Shown piece by piece: positions 30,969 to 40,779 of a stretch of DNA of 64,000 bases. Position numbers and translations under genes: made by a program. The DNA is from Kiritimatiellia bacterium (GTDB taxonomy: Bacteria > Verrucomicrobiota > Kiritimatiellia > RFP12 > UBA3636). The notes under the pieces were generated by a model, which was given only the letters and a program-made list of their open reading frames with translations, made no database searches and was not told the origin of the DNA. Positions within the stretch are counted from its first letter, which is position 1. The number at the start of each line of letters is the position of its first letter. Where the stretch lies: NCBI GenBank assembly GCA_045589455.1, contig JAZNPC010000010.1, positions 149-64,148 of the forward strand, written 5' to 3'.

Positions 30969-32210
30969 ATGGAAACAACAAAAAAGAATGTTGGTTTTAA
31001 TGGTAAGCAAATGATTATTTGGCTTGCTGCTCTAGTAATTGGTATCGTTGTAGGATTATGCTTTGCTTCAGATGGTGCAGTTATAAAGTTTTGTGACTTT
31101 ATAGCAGGTATCTATACTCGTTTATTTAAGTTTGTTGCTGTACCAACAATTGCACTTGTTATCACAACAACATTGGCTTCCCTAGGTGGTCAGAAGAATA
31201 CAGGTAAAATCTTTGGTTTTACAATTATGTATACAATTTTAACAACACTTGTTGCTTCAATTTTGGGAGCTGTTCTTTATGAGGTGATTGCTCCAAGATC
31301 AATCCCTCCGAAAATGATCGCTAGCAGTGCAGAGAAGGTTGCTAAGTATGAGGGTGATGTTTCTGGTGTGTATGAGCATATCCTAAATATTGTTCCAGAC
31401 AATGTAATCAATCCTTTTAGCAGTGGCAGTGTATTAAGCATCCTAATCATTGCTGCAGCTGTTGGTCTATCTCTAGCATTCATTAAGCGCACAGAAAATA
31501 CAGAGGCATTACTAAAGGGAATCAATGGTCTTCAGGAGGTTTTCTTTGCAATCATTCGTGCACTAGTATGGGCATTGCCACTAGGTATTATCGCGTTTGC
31601 TGCTCAGCTAGCAGTTCAGATGTCTGGCGAGATGGCTGTTGATTCAATTGGTAAGTATGTTGCTGTTGTTCTAGGTGGAAACCTAATTCAGTTCTTCATC
31701 ATTCTCCCATTGTTCCTACTAATCTCAGGTATCAATCCTCTACGCGTATTCAAGAATATGCTTCCAGCTGTATTGATGGCATTCTTTACAAAGAGCTCAA
31801 CAGCAACTCTTCCTGTAACAGTGGCTTCTGCAGAGAATAACATGAAGGCAAAGCCAGAGGTTGCTCGCTTTGTTCTACCTATGTGCTGCACAATCAATAT
31901 GAATGGCTGCGCTGCATTTATTCTTGTTACATCTCTATTTGTAATGCAGAATGGCGGCATTGAGTTGTCTATTGCAACAATAGCTATTTGGGTGTTGATT
32001 TCTGTTATTTCAGCAATTGGTAATGCTGGTGTGCCAATGGGTTGCTTCTTCCTAACACTATCCTTGATGTCAAGTGTTGAAGGAGCTCCTCTAGGTGTGC
32101 TAGGTGTAATTCTACCAATCTATGCAATTATTGATATGGTTGAGACAGGCGTTAACGTATGGTCTGACTCCTGCGTTTGCGCTATGGTAAATAAAAAGCT
32201 AGATAAATAA
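30969..32210 (+). CDS. Dicarboxylate/amino acid:cation symporter (DAACS family; GltP or SstT-like)
   Basis: 413 aa and polytopic, with DAACS-like motifs (FFTKSSTATLPVT, hairpin-loop-like NMNGCAAF, GVPMGCFFLTLSLM). Confidence 0.8.
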   Translation: METTKKNVGFNGKQMIIWLAALVIGIVVGLCFASDGAVIKFCDFIAGIYTRLFKFVAVPTIALVITTTLASLGGQKNTGKIFGFTIMYTILTTLVASILGAVLYEVIAPRSIPPKMIASSAEKVAKYEGDVSGVYEHILNIVPDNVINPFSSGSVLSILIIAAAVGLSLAFIKRTENTEALLKGINGLQEVFFAIIRALVWALPLGIIAFAAQLAVQMSGEMAVDSIGKYVAVVLGGNLIQFFIILPLFLLISGINPLRVFKNMLPAVLMAFFTKSSTATLPVTVASAENNMKAKPEVARFVLPMCCTINMNGCAAFILVTSLFVMQNGGIELSIATIAIWVLISVISAIGNAGVPMGCFFLTLSLMSSVEGAPLGVLGVILPIYAIIDMVETGVNVWSDSCVCAMVNKKLDK

Positions 32211-32235
32211 CTAAATTTCTATAGGGGAGGTATCT

Positions 32236-32697
32236 ATGATTAAAGACAAAATTTCAAATTCAGCACTTTATTTAAATGCACATCCTTTATTTGCAAAGGC
32301 ATTTGAATGGCTTAAAGAATTTGGGGCAACAGCACCAGATGGTAAGGTCTTTATCGAGGGCGAGGATTTAATTGCTATCCCTCAGCATTATACCTCTCAT
32401 CCATATACTGATGATAAGTATGAAACCCACAAGCGCTACATCGATATTCAGGTAGTGCTAGAGGGTGAGGAGCTTGTTTATTTAGGTAATCCAGATCAGA
32501 TGCCAGTAAATATACCATTCGATGTAGAGAAGGATATTGATTTTCGTACTGGCTTTGGAGAGCCTACAACCCTAAGTGCTGGTGAGTTTATGGTTATCTA
32601 TCCACATGAGGCACATGAGCCTGGTGTTTCAACTGCAGCTGGAGATAAGCTTGTTCACAAGATTATCTTCAAGGTTGCTGTTAGTCGCCTAAAGTAA
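32236..32697 (+). CDS. YhcH/YjgK/YiaL (DUF386) family protein
   Basis: 153 aa with overall similarity to the family (…FIEGEDLIAI…YETHKRYIDIQVVLEGEE…). Confidence 0.65.
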   Translation: MIKDKISNSALYLNAHPLFAKAFEWLKEFGATAPDGKVFIEGEDLIAIPQHYTSHPYTDDKYETHKRYIDIQVVLEGEELVYLGNPDQMPVNIPFDVEKDIDFRTGFGEPTTLSAGEFMVIYPHEAHEPGVSTAAGDKLVHKIIFKVAVSRLK

Positions 32698-32706
32698 AGC
32701 GCAACT

Positions 32707-33597
32707 ATGGAAGGCTGTTGTAATTGTAATCACAGCCATGTGCATACACATGGCACAAATGATTCGCATACTAGCGCAATAAGTAAAATTGCTGTGCAGG
32801 ATTGTGCAGTTTGTGTCCGTGATGTATGCTTTTCATATCAAGGACCTGAAGTGCTGCACAATGTGTCTTTTGAGATTCCAAAGAAATCGCTAGTAGCAGT
32901 AATTGGTCCTAACGGAGGAGGTAAGACAACCTTGCTTCGCCTTTTACTTGGCGATTTAAAGCCTCGCTACGGAAGGATTGAGATATTTGGAAAAGAGCCT
33001 AGCTCCCAACGCACACGCATAGGACTTGTTCCTCAACAAATTAATTTTGATAATCAATTTCCTATTTCTGTTCTTGAAGCAGTAATGACAGGCTGCATTG
33101 GTTCAAAAGTTTTCGGTGGCTTCTCTAATGCTGATAAAAAAGCTGCTCTTGGTGCAATCAAGAAGGTAGGACTAGAGGGCTTTGAAAAGAAGCGCTTTTC
33201 AGAGCTATCCGGAGGTCAACGTCAGCGTGTCATAATAGCACGAGCGCTTTCAAATAATCCTGATTTATTATTCCTTGATGAGCCTACAGCAAATGTAGAC
33301 TCTGCCACAGAGCTCGAGTTGTTTAAATTGTTTCAGGAGCTCGCAAAGGAAAAAACGCTTATAATGGTTTCCCATAATGTACGCGTTGTTATTTCCCACG
33401 CTACACATTTGCTATGTGTAAACCATACTGCACATCTACACGATTTGGTTGAGGGAATTAATGTTGATACAGAGCTGATACCTCTAAATAAAATTGGAGA
33501 TTTAAAGAGCTTTGTTCATGAGCATACCCCATCTCATGTTCAGCATTTGATGGAGGCTTTATATAAGCCACATAATGCTGAAAAGCAGAGTGATTAG
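32707..33597 (+). CDS. Metal-type ABC transporter ATP-binding protein (ZnuC or MntB-like), with no cognate permease or substrate-binding protein adjacent
   Basis: Walker A (GPNGGGKTT), signature (LSGGQRQRVIIARAL), Walker B (LFLDEPTANVD) and a His-rich N-terminus (CNCNHSHVHTHG). The neighbours are a YhcH-family gene and glgB. Confidence 0.8.
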   Translation: MEGCCNCNHSHVHTHGTNDSHTSAISKIAVQDCAVCVRDVCFSYQGPEVLHNVSFEIPKKSLVAVIGPNGGGKTTLLRLLLGDLKPRYGRIEIFGKEPSSQRTRIGLVPQQINFDNQFPISVLEAVMTGCIGSKVFGGFSNADKKAALGAIKKVGLEGFEKKRFSELSGGQRQRVIIARALSNNPDLLFLDEPTANVDSATELELFKLFQELAKEKTLIMVSHNVRVVISHATHLLCVNHTAHLHDLVEGINVDTELIPLNKIGDLKSFVHEHTPSHVQHLMEALYKPHNAEKQSD

Positions 33598-33618
33598 ATT
33601 TTGTTTTAAGGAGCTTTT

Positions 33619-35622
33619 ATGCAGCTAGCACAGCTAAAGGATGATATGGCATTACAACCTTATATGCCAAAATTAAAGGAACGTAAGCAGCGCCTTGCAG
33701 CATTAAAGAAGAAGCTTGCCCCAAAAGGGAAGCTTGCAAGCTTTGCTTGCGGTCATGAATATTATGGTTTACACCATTTGAAGGGCGGAGGCTGGTGCTT
33801 TCGAGAGCTTGCCCCTAATGCGACAGGTATGTGGTTAGTGGGTGATTTTTCCAATTGGGAGCGTCAGCCTACCTATGAAGTAAAGCGCATTAATGATGAA
33901 GGTGTTTGGGAGTTAAATCTTCCTGAGGAGGCCATTCACCATGGACAGCACTATCAGCTTCAGCTTACTTGGAATGGCGGAGAAGGACAGCGCTTGCCAA
34001 GCTATGTAAGGCGCGTGGTACAAGACGTTGCCACAAACATTTTTTCTGCTCAAGTTTGGGCTCCAGAGCAGCAATATATTTGGAAAAATCCAAAATTTAA
34101 AATTACCTTTAAAACACCATTAATCTATGAGAGCCATATTGGCATGGCTCAGGAGGAGATGCGTGTTGGCACATACAATGAATTTAGAGAGCACACCCTG
34201 CCACGAATAGCAAAGGCGGGCTATAATACCGTTCAGCTGATGGCTATTATGGAGCACCCGTACTATGGCTCCTTTGGTTATCAGGTGGCTAATTTCTTTG
34301 CTTGCTCTTCACGTTTTGGAACTCCAGAAGAATTGAAGCAGCTTATTGATGAAGCACATAGCATGGGAATTGCCGTGATTATGGATATTATCCATTCTCA
34401 CTCTGTGCGCAATGAAAATGATGGCTTGGCACGCTTCGATGGCACAGATTACCTCTATTTCCATGGAGGAGAGCGTGGTCATCACCCAGTGTGGGACTCA
34501 TCATGCTTTGATTATGGCAGACTATCAACACTTCATTTACTTCTATCAAATTGCCGCTATTGGCTAGATGAATTCCATTTTGATGGCTTCCGCTTTGATG
34601 GTGTTACAAGTATGCTTTATTTGCACCATGGCTTAGGTGTAGATTTTGTTAGCTATGACCAATACTTTGATAGCCAAGTAGACGAAGATGCTTATACTTA
34701 TCTTGGTCTAGCAAATCAGGTGATTCATGAGGTTCGCCCTGATGCAATAACAATTGCTGAGGATGTTAGTGGAATGCCAGGGCTTGGTGCTCCTCAAAAG
34801 GATGGTGGTGCAGGGTTTGATTATCGCCTTGCAATGGGTATTACAGAGGCATGGGGTAAGCTAGCACGTGAGGTTAAGGATGAGGATTGGTACATCCCAT
34901 GGCTATGGCATGAGCTAACAAATCGTCGTGCTGATGAAAAGACGATTAGTTACGTGGAGTGTCACGATCAGGCTCTTGTTGGTGGTAAAACACTTTTCTT
35001 TGAAATGACAGGTCCAGCAATCTATGATTCAATGCATAAGCGCTCCGGCAATCTAACGATTGAGCGCGCAGTTGCATTGCATAAGCTTGCACGCCTAGCC
35101 ACGCTTGCTACTGCGGGTCATGGCTATCTCAATTTTATGGGCAACGAATTTGGTCATCCAGAGTGGATTGATTTTCCTCGTGAAGGAAATAATTTCTCAT
35201 ACAAGCATGCTCGTCGTCAGTGGAGTATCCGTGATAATCCATTGCTTCAGTTCTCTGTACTCGCAGACTTTGATGAGGCAATGCTAAAGCTATTTAATGA
35301 AAATAGCGAGGCGCTTACAGAGATTCCACGTCAGCTTTATGCTAGCGGGGAAGAGAAGCTACTTGCATTTTCACGCGGAGAGCTATTCTTTATCTTTAAT
35401 TTCCACCCAACGCAATCCTACACCGATTGGAAGCTTATGGTTCCTCCAGGAGATTATAAGCTAATGCTTACAACTGATTCAGTAAGATTTGGTGGACATG
35501 AAAGAGTATCTCTTCCGCAGACATATTTTACAATGCCATCACTTTGGGGTAATGAACAGGTGCTTCATATAAGCATGTATGTTCCATCTCGCTGTGCATT
35601 GGTATTAAAGCGCAATGATTAA
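33619..35622 (+). CDS. glgB: 1,4-alpha-glucan branching enzyme (GH13)
   Basis: 667 aa with GH13 catalytic regions (GFRFDGVTSMLY, IAEDVSGMPG, YVECHDQALVG) and an N-terminal CBM48-like region. Confidence 0.9.
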   Translation: MQLAQLKDDMALQPYMPKLKERKQRLAALKKKLAPKGKLASFACGHEYYGLHHLKGGGWCFRELAPNATGMWLVGDFSNWERQPTYEVKRINDEGVWELNLPEEAIHHGQHYQLQLTWNGGEGQRLPSYVRRVVQDVATNIFSAQVWAPEQQYIWKNPKFKITFKTPLIYESHIGMAQEEMRVGTYNEFREHTLPRIAKAGYNTVQLMAIMEHPYYGSFGYQVANFFACSSRFGTPEELKQLIDEAHSMGIAVIMDIIHSHSVRNENDGLARFDGTDYLYFHGGERGHHPVWDSSCFDYGRLSTLHLLLSNCRYWLDEFHFDGFRFDGVTSMLYLHHGLGVDFVSYDQYFDSQVDEDAYTYLGLANQVIHEVRPDAITIAEDVSGMPGLGAPQKDGGAGFDYRLAMGITEAWGKLAREVKDEDWYIPWLWHELTNRRADEKTISYVECHDQALVGGKTLFFEMTGPAIYDSMHKRSGNLTIERAVALHKLARLATLATAGHGYLNFMGNEFGHPEWIDFPREGNNFSYKHARRQWSIRDNPLLQFSVLADFDEAMLKLFNENSEALTEIPRQLYASGEEKLLAFSRGELFFIFNFHPTQSYTDWKLMVPPGDYKLMLTTDSVRFGGHERVSLPQTYFTMPSLWGNEQVLHISMYVPSRCALVLKRND

Positions 35623-36387
35623 GTGATGACAAAGCTAATAATTTTTGATTTAGATGGCACCGTGTATCTAGGTGAAAAAGAGGTGCCTGGTGCAGCAGCG
35701 TATATTAAGGATTGCCATGCCAAGGGGATTCGCACGATGTTTGTAACAAATCGTTCTAATCGTGTGCCGGAGCTTGTTCTGGAGCAACTACAGGGTTATG
35801 GTATACCATGTGAACTTTCCGATGTAATGACTACAGCACTTGCATCTGCCGCTTATATAAAAGAGCCATCTAAGGTCTATATTATCGGTGAGGCAGGCTT
35901 ACGCATTGCTTTAGAAAATGCTGGTCACACAGTGGTAGAGGATGAGCAACCAGACTACGTTGTAGTAAGTATAGATCGCGAATTTACTTATGCAAAGCTT
36001 GCTAAGGCTGCAGATTATATTCTTAAGGGCGCAAAATTTATTGCAACAAATCCAGACCATCGCTTGCACCTAAATGGGCGCGTATGCCCAGGCTCAGGTA
36101 CAATCGTTGCAGCAGTCGAGACAGCAACAGATGTTAAACCAATTATGCTTGGCAAACCAGAGCGTGCTTTAATTGATGCAGCACTTGAGGCTGCTGGAGT
36201 TTCTTCAGATGAGGCGATTGCAATTGGAGACAATTTAGAGACAGATATTCCAGCTGCTGCCACTGCCGGTGTGCGTAGTGTGCTTATTCTAACAGGCTAT
36301 TCGAAGCGCGAGGACTGTGCCACAGCAAGGTTTAAGCCAGATTACATTGTGGAGGATTATTCAGAGCTATCACAGCTAGCATTATAA
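35623..36387 (+). CDS. HAD-IIA family hydrolase (NagD-like sugar phosphatase)
   Basis: Carries DLDGTVY motif I and a C-terminal GDNLETDI motif. The ORF runs directly on from the glgB stop. Confidence 0.8.
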   Translation: MMTKLIIFDLDGTVYLGEKEVPGAAAYIKDCHAKGIRTMFVTNRSNRVPELVLEQLQGYGIPCELSDVMTTALASAAYIKEPSKVYIIGEAGLRIALENAGHTVVEDEQPDYVVVSIDREFTYAKLAKAADYILKGAKFIATNPDHRLHLNGRVCPGSGTIVAAVETATDVKPIMLGKPERALIDAALEAAGVSSDEAIAIGDNLETDIPAAATAGVRSVLILTGYSKREDCATARFKPDYIVEDYSELSQLAL

Positions 36388-36426
36388 GGTCTATCACAGC
36401 TTAGCGCGTAAGAAATAGAGGTGAAT

Positions 36427-37134
36427 ATGTTTGATTTTAAGGATAAGGTAGTTGTAATTACTGGTGGAGCAAGAGGTATTGGAAAACAAATTCGTAAGTC
36501 CTTTGAAGAAGCCGGTGCTAAGGTTTGTATTGTTGACCTTTTAGAAAACGACTATTTTGTTGGTGATATATCAGATAAGGCAACCCTAGAGCGCTTTGCA
36601 GAAAAGGTAATTGCTGATTATGGTAAGGTTGATTTCTTAATCAACAATGCAGCGCCTAAAATGTGTGGCATTACAGAGGGAAGCTACGAGGATTTTGAGA
36701 ATGCTTTGAGTGTAGGTGTAGTTGCACCATTTTACCTTTCAAAGCTATTTGCTCCACATTTTGTTGAAGGTGCAAGTATAGTTAATATATCCTCTTCCCG
36801 TGATCGTATGAGTCAGCCAGAAACAGAGAGCTACACTGCTGCAAAAGGCGGAATACATGCATTAACTCATGCGCTTGCTGTAAGCTTGGCAGGTAAGGTG
36901 CGTGTAAATTCAATTTCTCCTGGCTGGATTGATACTAATTTTGTTACATATGAAGGCCCAGATGCTGTTCAACAGCCAGCGGGAAGGGTAGGTAATCCAA
37001 ATGATATAGCCAATATGGTGTTGTATCTCTGCTCTGATATGTCTGGCTTTATTACAGGTGAAAACATTTGCATTGATGGTGGAATGACCAAGCAAATGAT
37101 TTACCACGGCGATTATGGTTGGACACTGAAATAG
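36427..37134 (+). CDS. Short-chain dehydrogenase/reductase (SDR)
   Basis: TGGARGIGK Rossmann motif, NNAA, and a catalytic YTAAK. The track start is a GTG at 36421. The ATG at 36427 follows an AGAGGTG RBS. Confidence 0.85.
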   Translation: MFDFKDKVVVITGGARGIGKQIRKSFEEAGAKVCIVDLLENDYFVGDISDKATLERFAEKVIADYGKVDFLINNAAPKMCGITEGSYEDFENALSVGVVAPFYLSKLFAPHFVEGASIVNISSSRDRMSQPETESYTAAKGGIHALTHALAVSLAGKVRVNSISPGWIDTNFVTYEGPDAVQQPAGRVGNPNDIANMVLYLCSDMSGFITGENICIDGGMTKQMIYHGDYGWTLK

Positions 37135-37379
37135 GTGCGATTTTTTCGACAGAATTCTCTAGATTTCTGCGGATGCTGTGCCGTGCGTGATGGCTAATCC
37201 TACGCTGGCTCCCGCCTAAGGGAAGATTGGGAGCTTGCCTCATGCTAACCATCATAAGGTTTTGGTGAACAATTCAAATGTTTTTCACTTCCTAAATTTA
37301 GAAAAAAGTGTGGTAATATCTTGGTTTTTTTTGTATAATCTTTACTTATTTTGTTACAACCTTATATGAAAGAATTTAT

Positions 37380-38390
37380 ATGAAACTAAATCCAGCATTG
37401 AAAAAGCGCTCCCTAATGTCTCTAAATGACTTTTCTGATGCAGAAATGCTTGAGCTTATTGATTTAGCAATTGCTCTTAAAGAGCGTCGTGACAACGGTA
37501 TACGTGGAGAATTGTTGAAGCGAAAGAATTTTGCATTAATATTTGAAAAAAGCTCAACGCGTACTCGTTGTTCAGCAACAATTGCTGCTCAGGATGAAGG
37601 TGGCTATGCTACCTACCTAAATGGGAATGATATCCATCTTGGTGCAAAGGAATCTGTGAAGGATACAGCTCGCGTTCTTGGCCGCATGTTTGATGGTATT
37701 ATGTTCCGTGGTTTTGCTCAGGATACAGTTGAGCAGCTACGCGAATTTTCTGGCATTCCTGTATGGAATGGCTTGACAGATGATTACCATCCGACACAGA
37801 TTCTTGCTGATTTAATGACAATGAAGCAGTGCTTTGGCTCAGTAAAGGGTAAGAAGCTTGTTTACATTGGCGATGGTAGAAATAATGTTGCAAACTCTCT
37901 AATGCTTGGTTGTGCTAAGGCTGGTGTTAACTATGTTAACTGTACACCACCTGAGCTAAATCCACTTCCTGAGTTAGTTGAACACGCTCGCGAAATTGCT
38001 GCTAGAAATGGCTCAACAGTTGAGGTGATGCATGACCCAGAGGAGGCTGTTGTTGGTGCAAATGCTCTTTATACAGACGTTTGGGTGTCTATGGGTGAGG
38101 AAGCAAAGAAGGCAGAGCGCCTAAAGCTACTTGCTCCATACCAAATTACTATGGATTTGATGAAAAAGACGGGTAATGCAGATGGAGAACTAATATTCCT
38201 ACATTGCTTGCCAGCATTCCATGATAATCAAACAACTGCGTCAAAGGATACTGGTGCTCTTGAAGTGACTGATGAGGTTTTTGAATCAAAATACTCAAAG
38301 GTATTTGATGAGGCAGAAAATCGCATGCATACAATCAAGGCATTGTTTGTTTCCTCATTAACATCAGCAGACGAATTTGAGACTAAGTAA
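37380..38390 (+). CDS. argF: Ornithine carbamoyltransferase
   Basis: Carries STRTRCS (carbamoyl-phosphate binding), HPTQ, DVWVSMGEE (the OTC-specific DxxxSMG) and HCLP. An alternative start lies at Met13 (37416). Confidence 0.85.
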   Translation: MKLNPALKKRSLMSLNDFSDAEMLELIDLAIALKERRDNGIRGELLKRKNFALIFEKSSTRTRCSATIAAQDEGGYATYLNGNDIHLGAKESVKDTARVLGRMFDGIMFRGFAQDTVEQLREFSGIPVWNGLTDDYHPTQILADLMTMKQCFGSVKGKKLVYIGDGRNNVANSLMLGCAKAGVNYVNCTPPELNPLPELVEHAREIAARNGSTVEVMHDPEEAVVGANALYTDVWVSMGEEAKKAERLKLLAPYQITMDLMKKTGNADGELIFLHCLPAFHDNQTTASKDTGALEVTDEVFESKYSKVFDEAENRMHTIKALFVSSLTSADEFETK

Positions 38391-38414
38391 GCATTTGGAA
38401 GGGACTAAATTATT

Positions 38415-39485
38415 ATGAATTTAACAGATTATACATGGGAAGAATTTAGTCAACTACCAATGCCTACTAAGGTTGAATGCTTTAAAAGAGAGGATGGGTT
38501 TCCTGCCCATACTCTTTTTGCGCAGCAATTTGACCGTGAGACATTGGATAGACTTTGTGATTTAGCAACAAAAATCCGTAAGATTGCAAAGAAGCGCGAC
38601 GGAATGCTTTTCCTAAATAGCCTTTTGGCTCATAAACGCGCAATGCTATATTTCTCTCAGCCTAGTTCACGTACATTCTTGTCCTTCTATTCTGCTTGCC
38701 AGATTATGGGCTTAAAGGTTGCTGAAGTGCGTGATGCAGCAACATCATCAGAATTTAAGGGTGAATCAAAGGAGGATTCAATTCGTACCTTTAGTTCATA
38801 CTTTGATTTGATTATTATGCGTACACAGGAGAAGGGACTTGCAGAGCATATGGCATGGACGTTATCCAATTCAGAGCGTCCTTTACCAATCATTAATGCG
38901 GGCTCTGGAAAGGATCAGCACCCAACTCAAGCACTTCTTGATATCTACACTCTAAAGCGTAGCTTTGAGGATAATGGAGGTCTGAAGAATCGCGCTATTA
39001 TGTATGTAGGTGATTTGCTACGTGGTCGTACAGTTCGCTCGCTTTCCAATTTACTTATGAATTACGAAGGTATTGAGCATATATTTGTTGCTCCAAAAGA
39101 GCTACAAATTAAGCAAGATATTCTAGATATGCTAGAAGCAAAAGGTTCGAAGTATTCTGTGCTTACAGATATGCGTGAGCGCCTTGCTGATGTTGATGCT
39201 GTCTATATGACACGTATTCAGGATGAGTGGGATAAAACAAAGGGAGAGAGCGCAAGCATTGATATTTCTGCATATAAGATTGGTAAGGCAGAAATGGACA
39301 TGATGAAGCCAACCTCTGTACTTCTACACCCATTGCCACGCCGCGATGAAATTTCTACTGATTGCGATCATGATCCTCGTGCCATGTACTGGCGTCAGAT
39401 GCGCAATGGTATGTGGATACGTGCTGCTCTCATTGCTGCAACCTTTGGTTTAACAAAAACAATTCTAGCTTATGATGCTGAATAG
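38415..39485 (+). CDS. pyrB: Aspartate carbamoyltransferase catalytic-chain homologue with an atypical carbamoyl-phosphate motif (SSRTF instead of STRTR)
   Basis: Aligns by eye with E. coli PyrB across its length (QHPTQALLDIYT, VGDLLRGRTVRSL, VYMTRIQDE, LHPLPRRDEIS). No pyrI follows. Confidence 0.75.
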   Translation: MNLTDYTWEEFSQLPMPTKVECFKREDGFPAHTLFAQQFDRETLDRLCDLATKIRKIAKKRDGMLFLNSLLAHKRAMLYFSQPSSRTFLSFYSACQIMGLKVAEVRDAATSSEFKGESKEDSIRTFSSYFDLIIMRTQEKGLAEHMAWTLSNSERPLPIINAGSGKDQHPTQALLDIYTLKRSFEDNGGLKNRAIMYVGDLLRGRTVRSLSNLLMNYEGIEHIFVAPKELQIKQDILDMLEAKGSKYSVLTDMRERLADVDAVYMTRIQDEWDKTKGESASIDISAYKIGKAEMDMMKPTSVLLHPLPRRDEISTDCDHDPRAMYWRQMRNGMWIRAALIAATFGLTKTILAYDAE

Positions 39486-39554
39486 GTATCAGCAAGCATA
39501 GTGGTATTGCATTAGTATAATTTAATTAAAAATTCAGTTTTAGAGAAATAATAA

Positions 39555-40379
39555 ATGGAAACTTTTTTTTGTGGATTACCAGTTGTTGATGCATTTATGA
39601 CATCAGATTGGATGGGAAAATTTATCGTTATATTATTAATAATTTTCTCTAGCTATAGCTTTGTGAAGATAGTTGTTCGTTACTCAATTTATAAAGCTAC
39701 AGATGCAGAACATCAAAGGCTAATGTCAATTTATAGACAGTATAAGCATCCAGCCGGAATAATTTATGAAGGCTTAGTTAAGGGTATTTGTAATGTTGAA
39801 ATCTATAGAACTGTGATGCTTGAGCTTGTTCCAAAGCTAGAGCAACATGGGATATCTTCTGAGCAGCTTCGTCGCTGGAAGGGTGACACGCCATTGCCAA
39901 GCCTATCCATTCAAGAATTGTCAAAAATTAAGGTTATTGCTGAGAGTGAATTGGCTAAACAGCTTCGTTACCTTGAAAATGATTTAAGCACAATTGGAAC
40001 AATTTCTGTGATTGCTCCATCATTAGGCTTGTTTGGCACTGTTTGGGGTGTGCTACTTTCCTTTATGAGCATGGCTGATGGTTCTGGTGCTGCTATCATT
40101 ACAAACGTTGCACCTGGTATCGGTGGTGCATTGTTGACAACAGTGGCAGGCTTGGTTGTGTCTATCCCAACAACTCTTGTATATAATATTCTTTGTACTA
40201 AGCTACGCATATATACAGGTCAGGCAGAGAGCTTTGTTGATAGATTGATTGCAGACATATATTTATATCATTCACCAAAGGAGAATTTGGTTCAGATTGC
40301 CCAGTTATCAGCAATTCCACAGCAGCCTCAATATACAGCAGCAGAAAATTATGAAGTAGGAGGCAAGTATAATGCCTAG
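39555..40379 (+). CDS. exbB: MotA/TolQ/ExbB-family proton-channel protein
   Basis: Three TM segments with a conserved C-terminal helix region (GLFGTVWGVLLSF…APGIGGALLTTVAGL). It overlaps the downstream ExbD gene. Confidence 0.8.
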   Translation: METFFCGLPVVDAFMTSDWMGKFIVILLIIFSSYSFVKIVVRYSIYKATDAEHQRLMSIYRQYKHPAGIIYEGLVKGICNVEIYRTVMLELVPKLEQHGISSEQLRRWKGDTPLPSLSIQELSKIKVIAESELAKQLRYLENDLSTIGTISVIAPSLGLFGTVWGVLLSFMSMADGSGAAIITNVAPGIGGALLTTVAGLVVSIPTTLVYNILCTKLRIYTGQAESFVDRLIADIYLYHSPKENLVQIAQLSAIPQQPQYTAAENYEVGGKYNA

Positions 40380-40773
40380 ACGCCATAAGGCTGGCTATAA
40401 GCCAGTAGCGGAAATGAATCTCACCCCGCTTATGGATTTGACCTTCATTCTGCTAATAACATTTATCATTACGTTCCCTTTAATAGAAAACGGGATACCT
40501 ATCAAATTACCTCAAGGGAAGTCTAAGCCAATTGATGTGTCTCAAAAATCAGTTTCTATTACGGTTGATAAGGAAGGGCGTTATTTTATCGGAGATGAGA
40601 TTGTTTCGATTGATGAACTAAGAGCAAATTTGCAAAATCAAAAAGCAGAGAGTCCAGATTTACGTGTTATAATTCGCGGAGATGTTAAGGCTGAGTATGG
40701 TTCAATTGCTGAGATTGCAAAGCTATTAAGTGAAATGGGAATTAAAAATACATCTCTTGCTTTACAGGAGTAG
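40372..40773 (+). CDS. exbD: ExbD/TolR biopolymer transport protein
   Basis: 133 aa with a single TM (LTPLMDLTFILLITFIITFPL) and an ExbD-like periplasmic domain. Confidence 0.8.
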   Translation: MPRRHKAGYKPVAEMNLTPLMDLTFILLITFIITFPLIENGIPIKLPQGKSKPIDVSQKSVSITVDKEGRYFIGDEIVSIDELRANLQNQKAESPDLRVIIRGDVKAEYGSIAEIAKLLSEMGIKNTSLALQE

Positions 40774-40779
40774 ATATAA

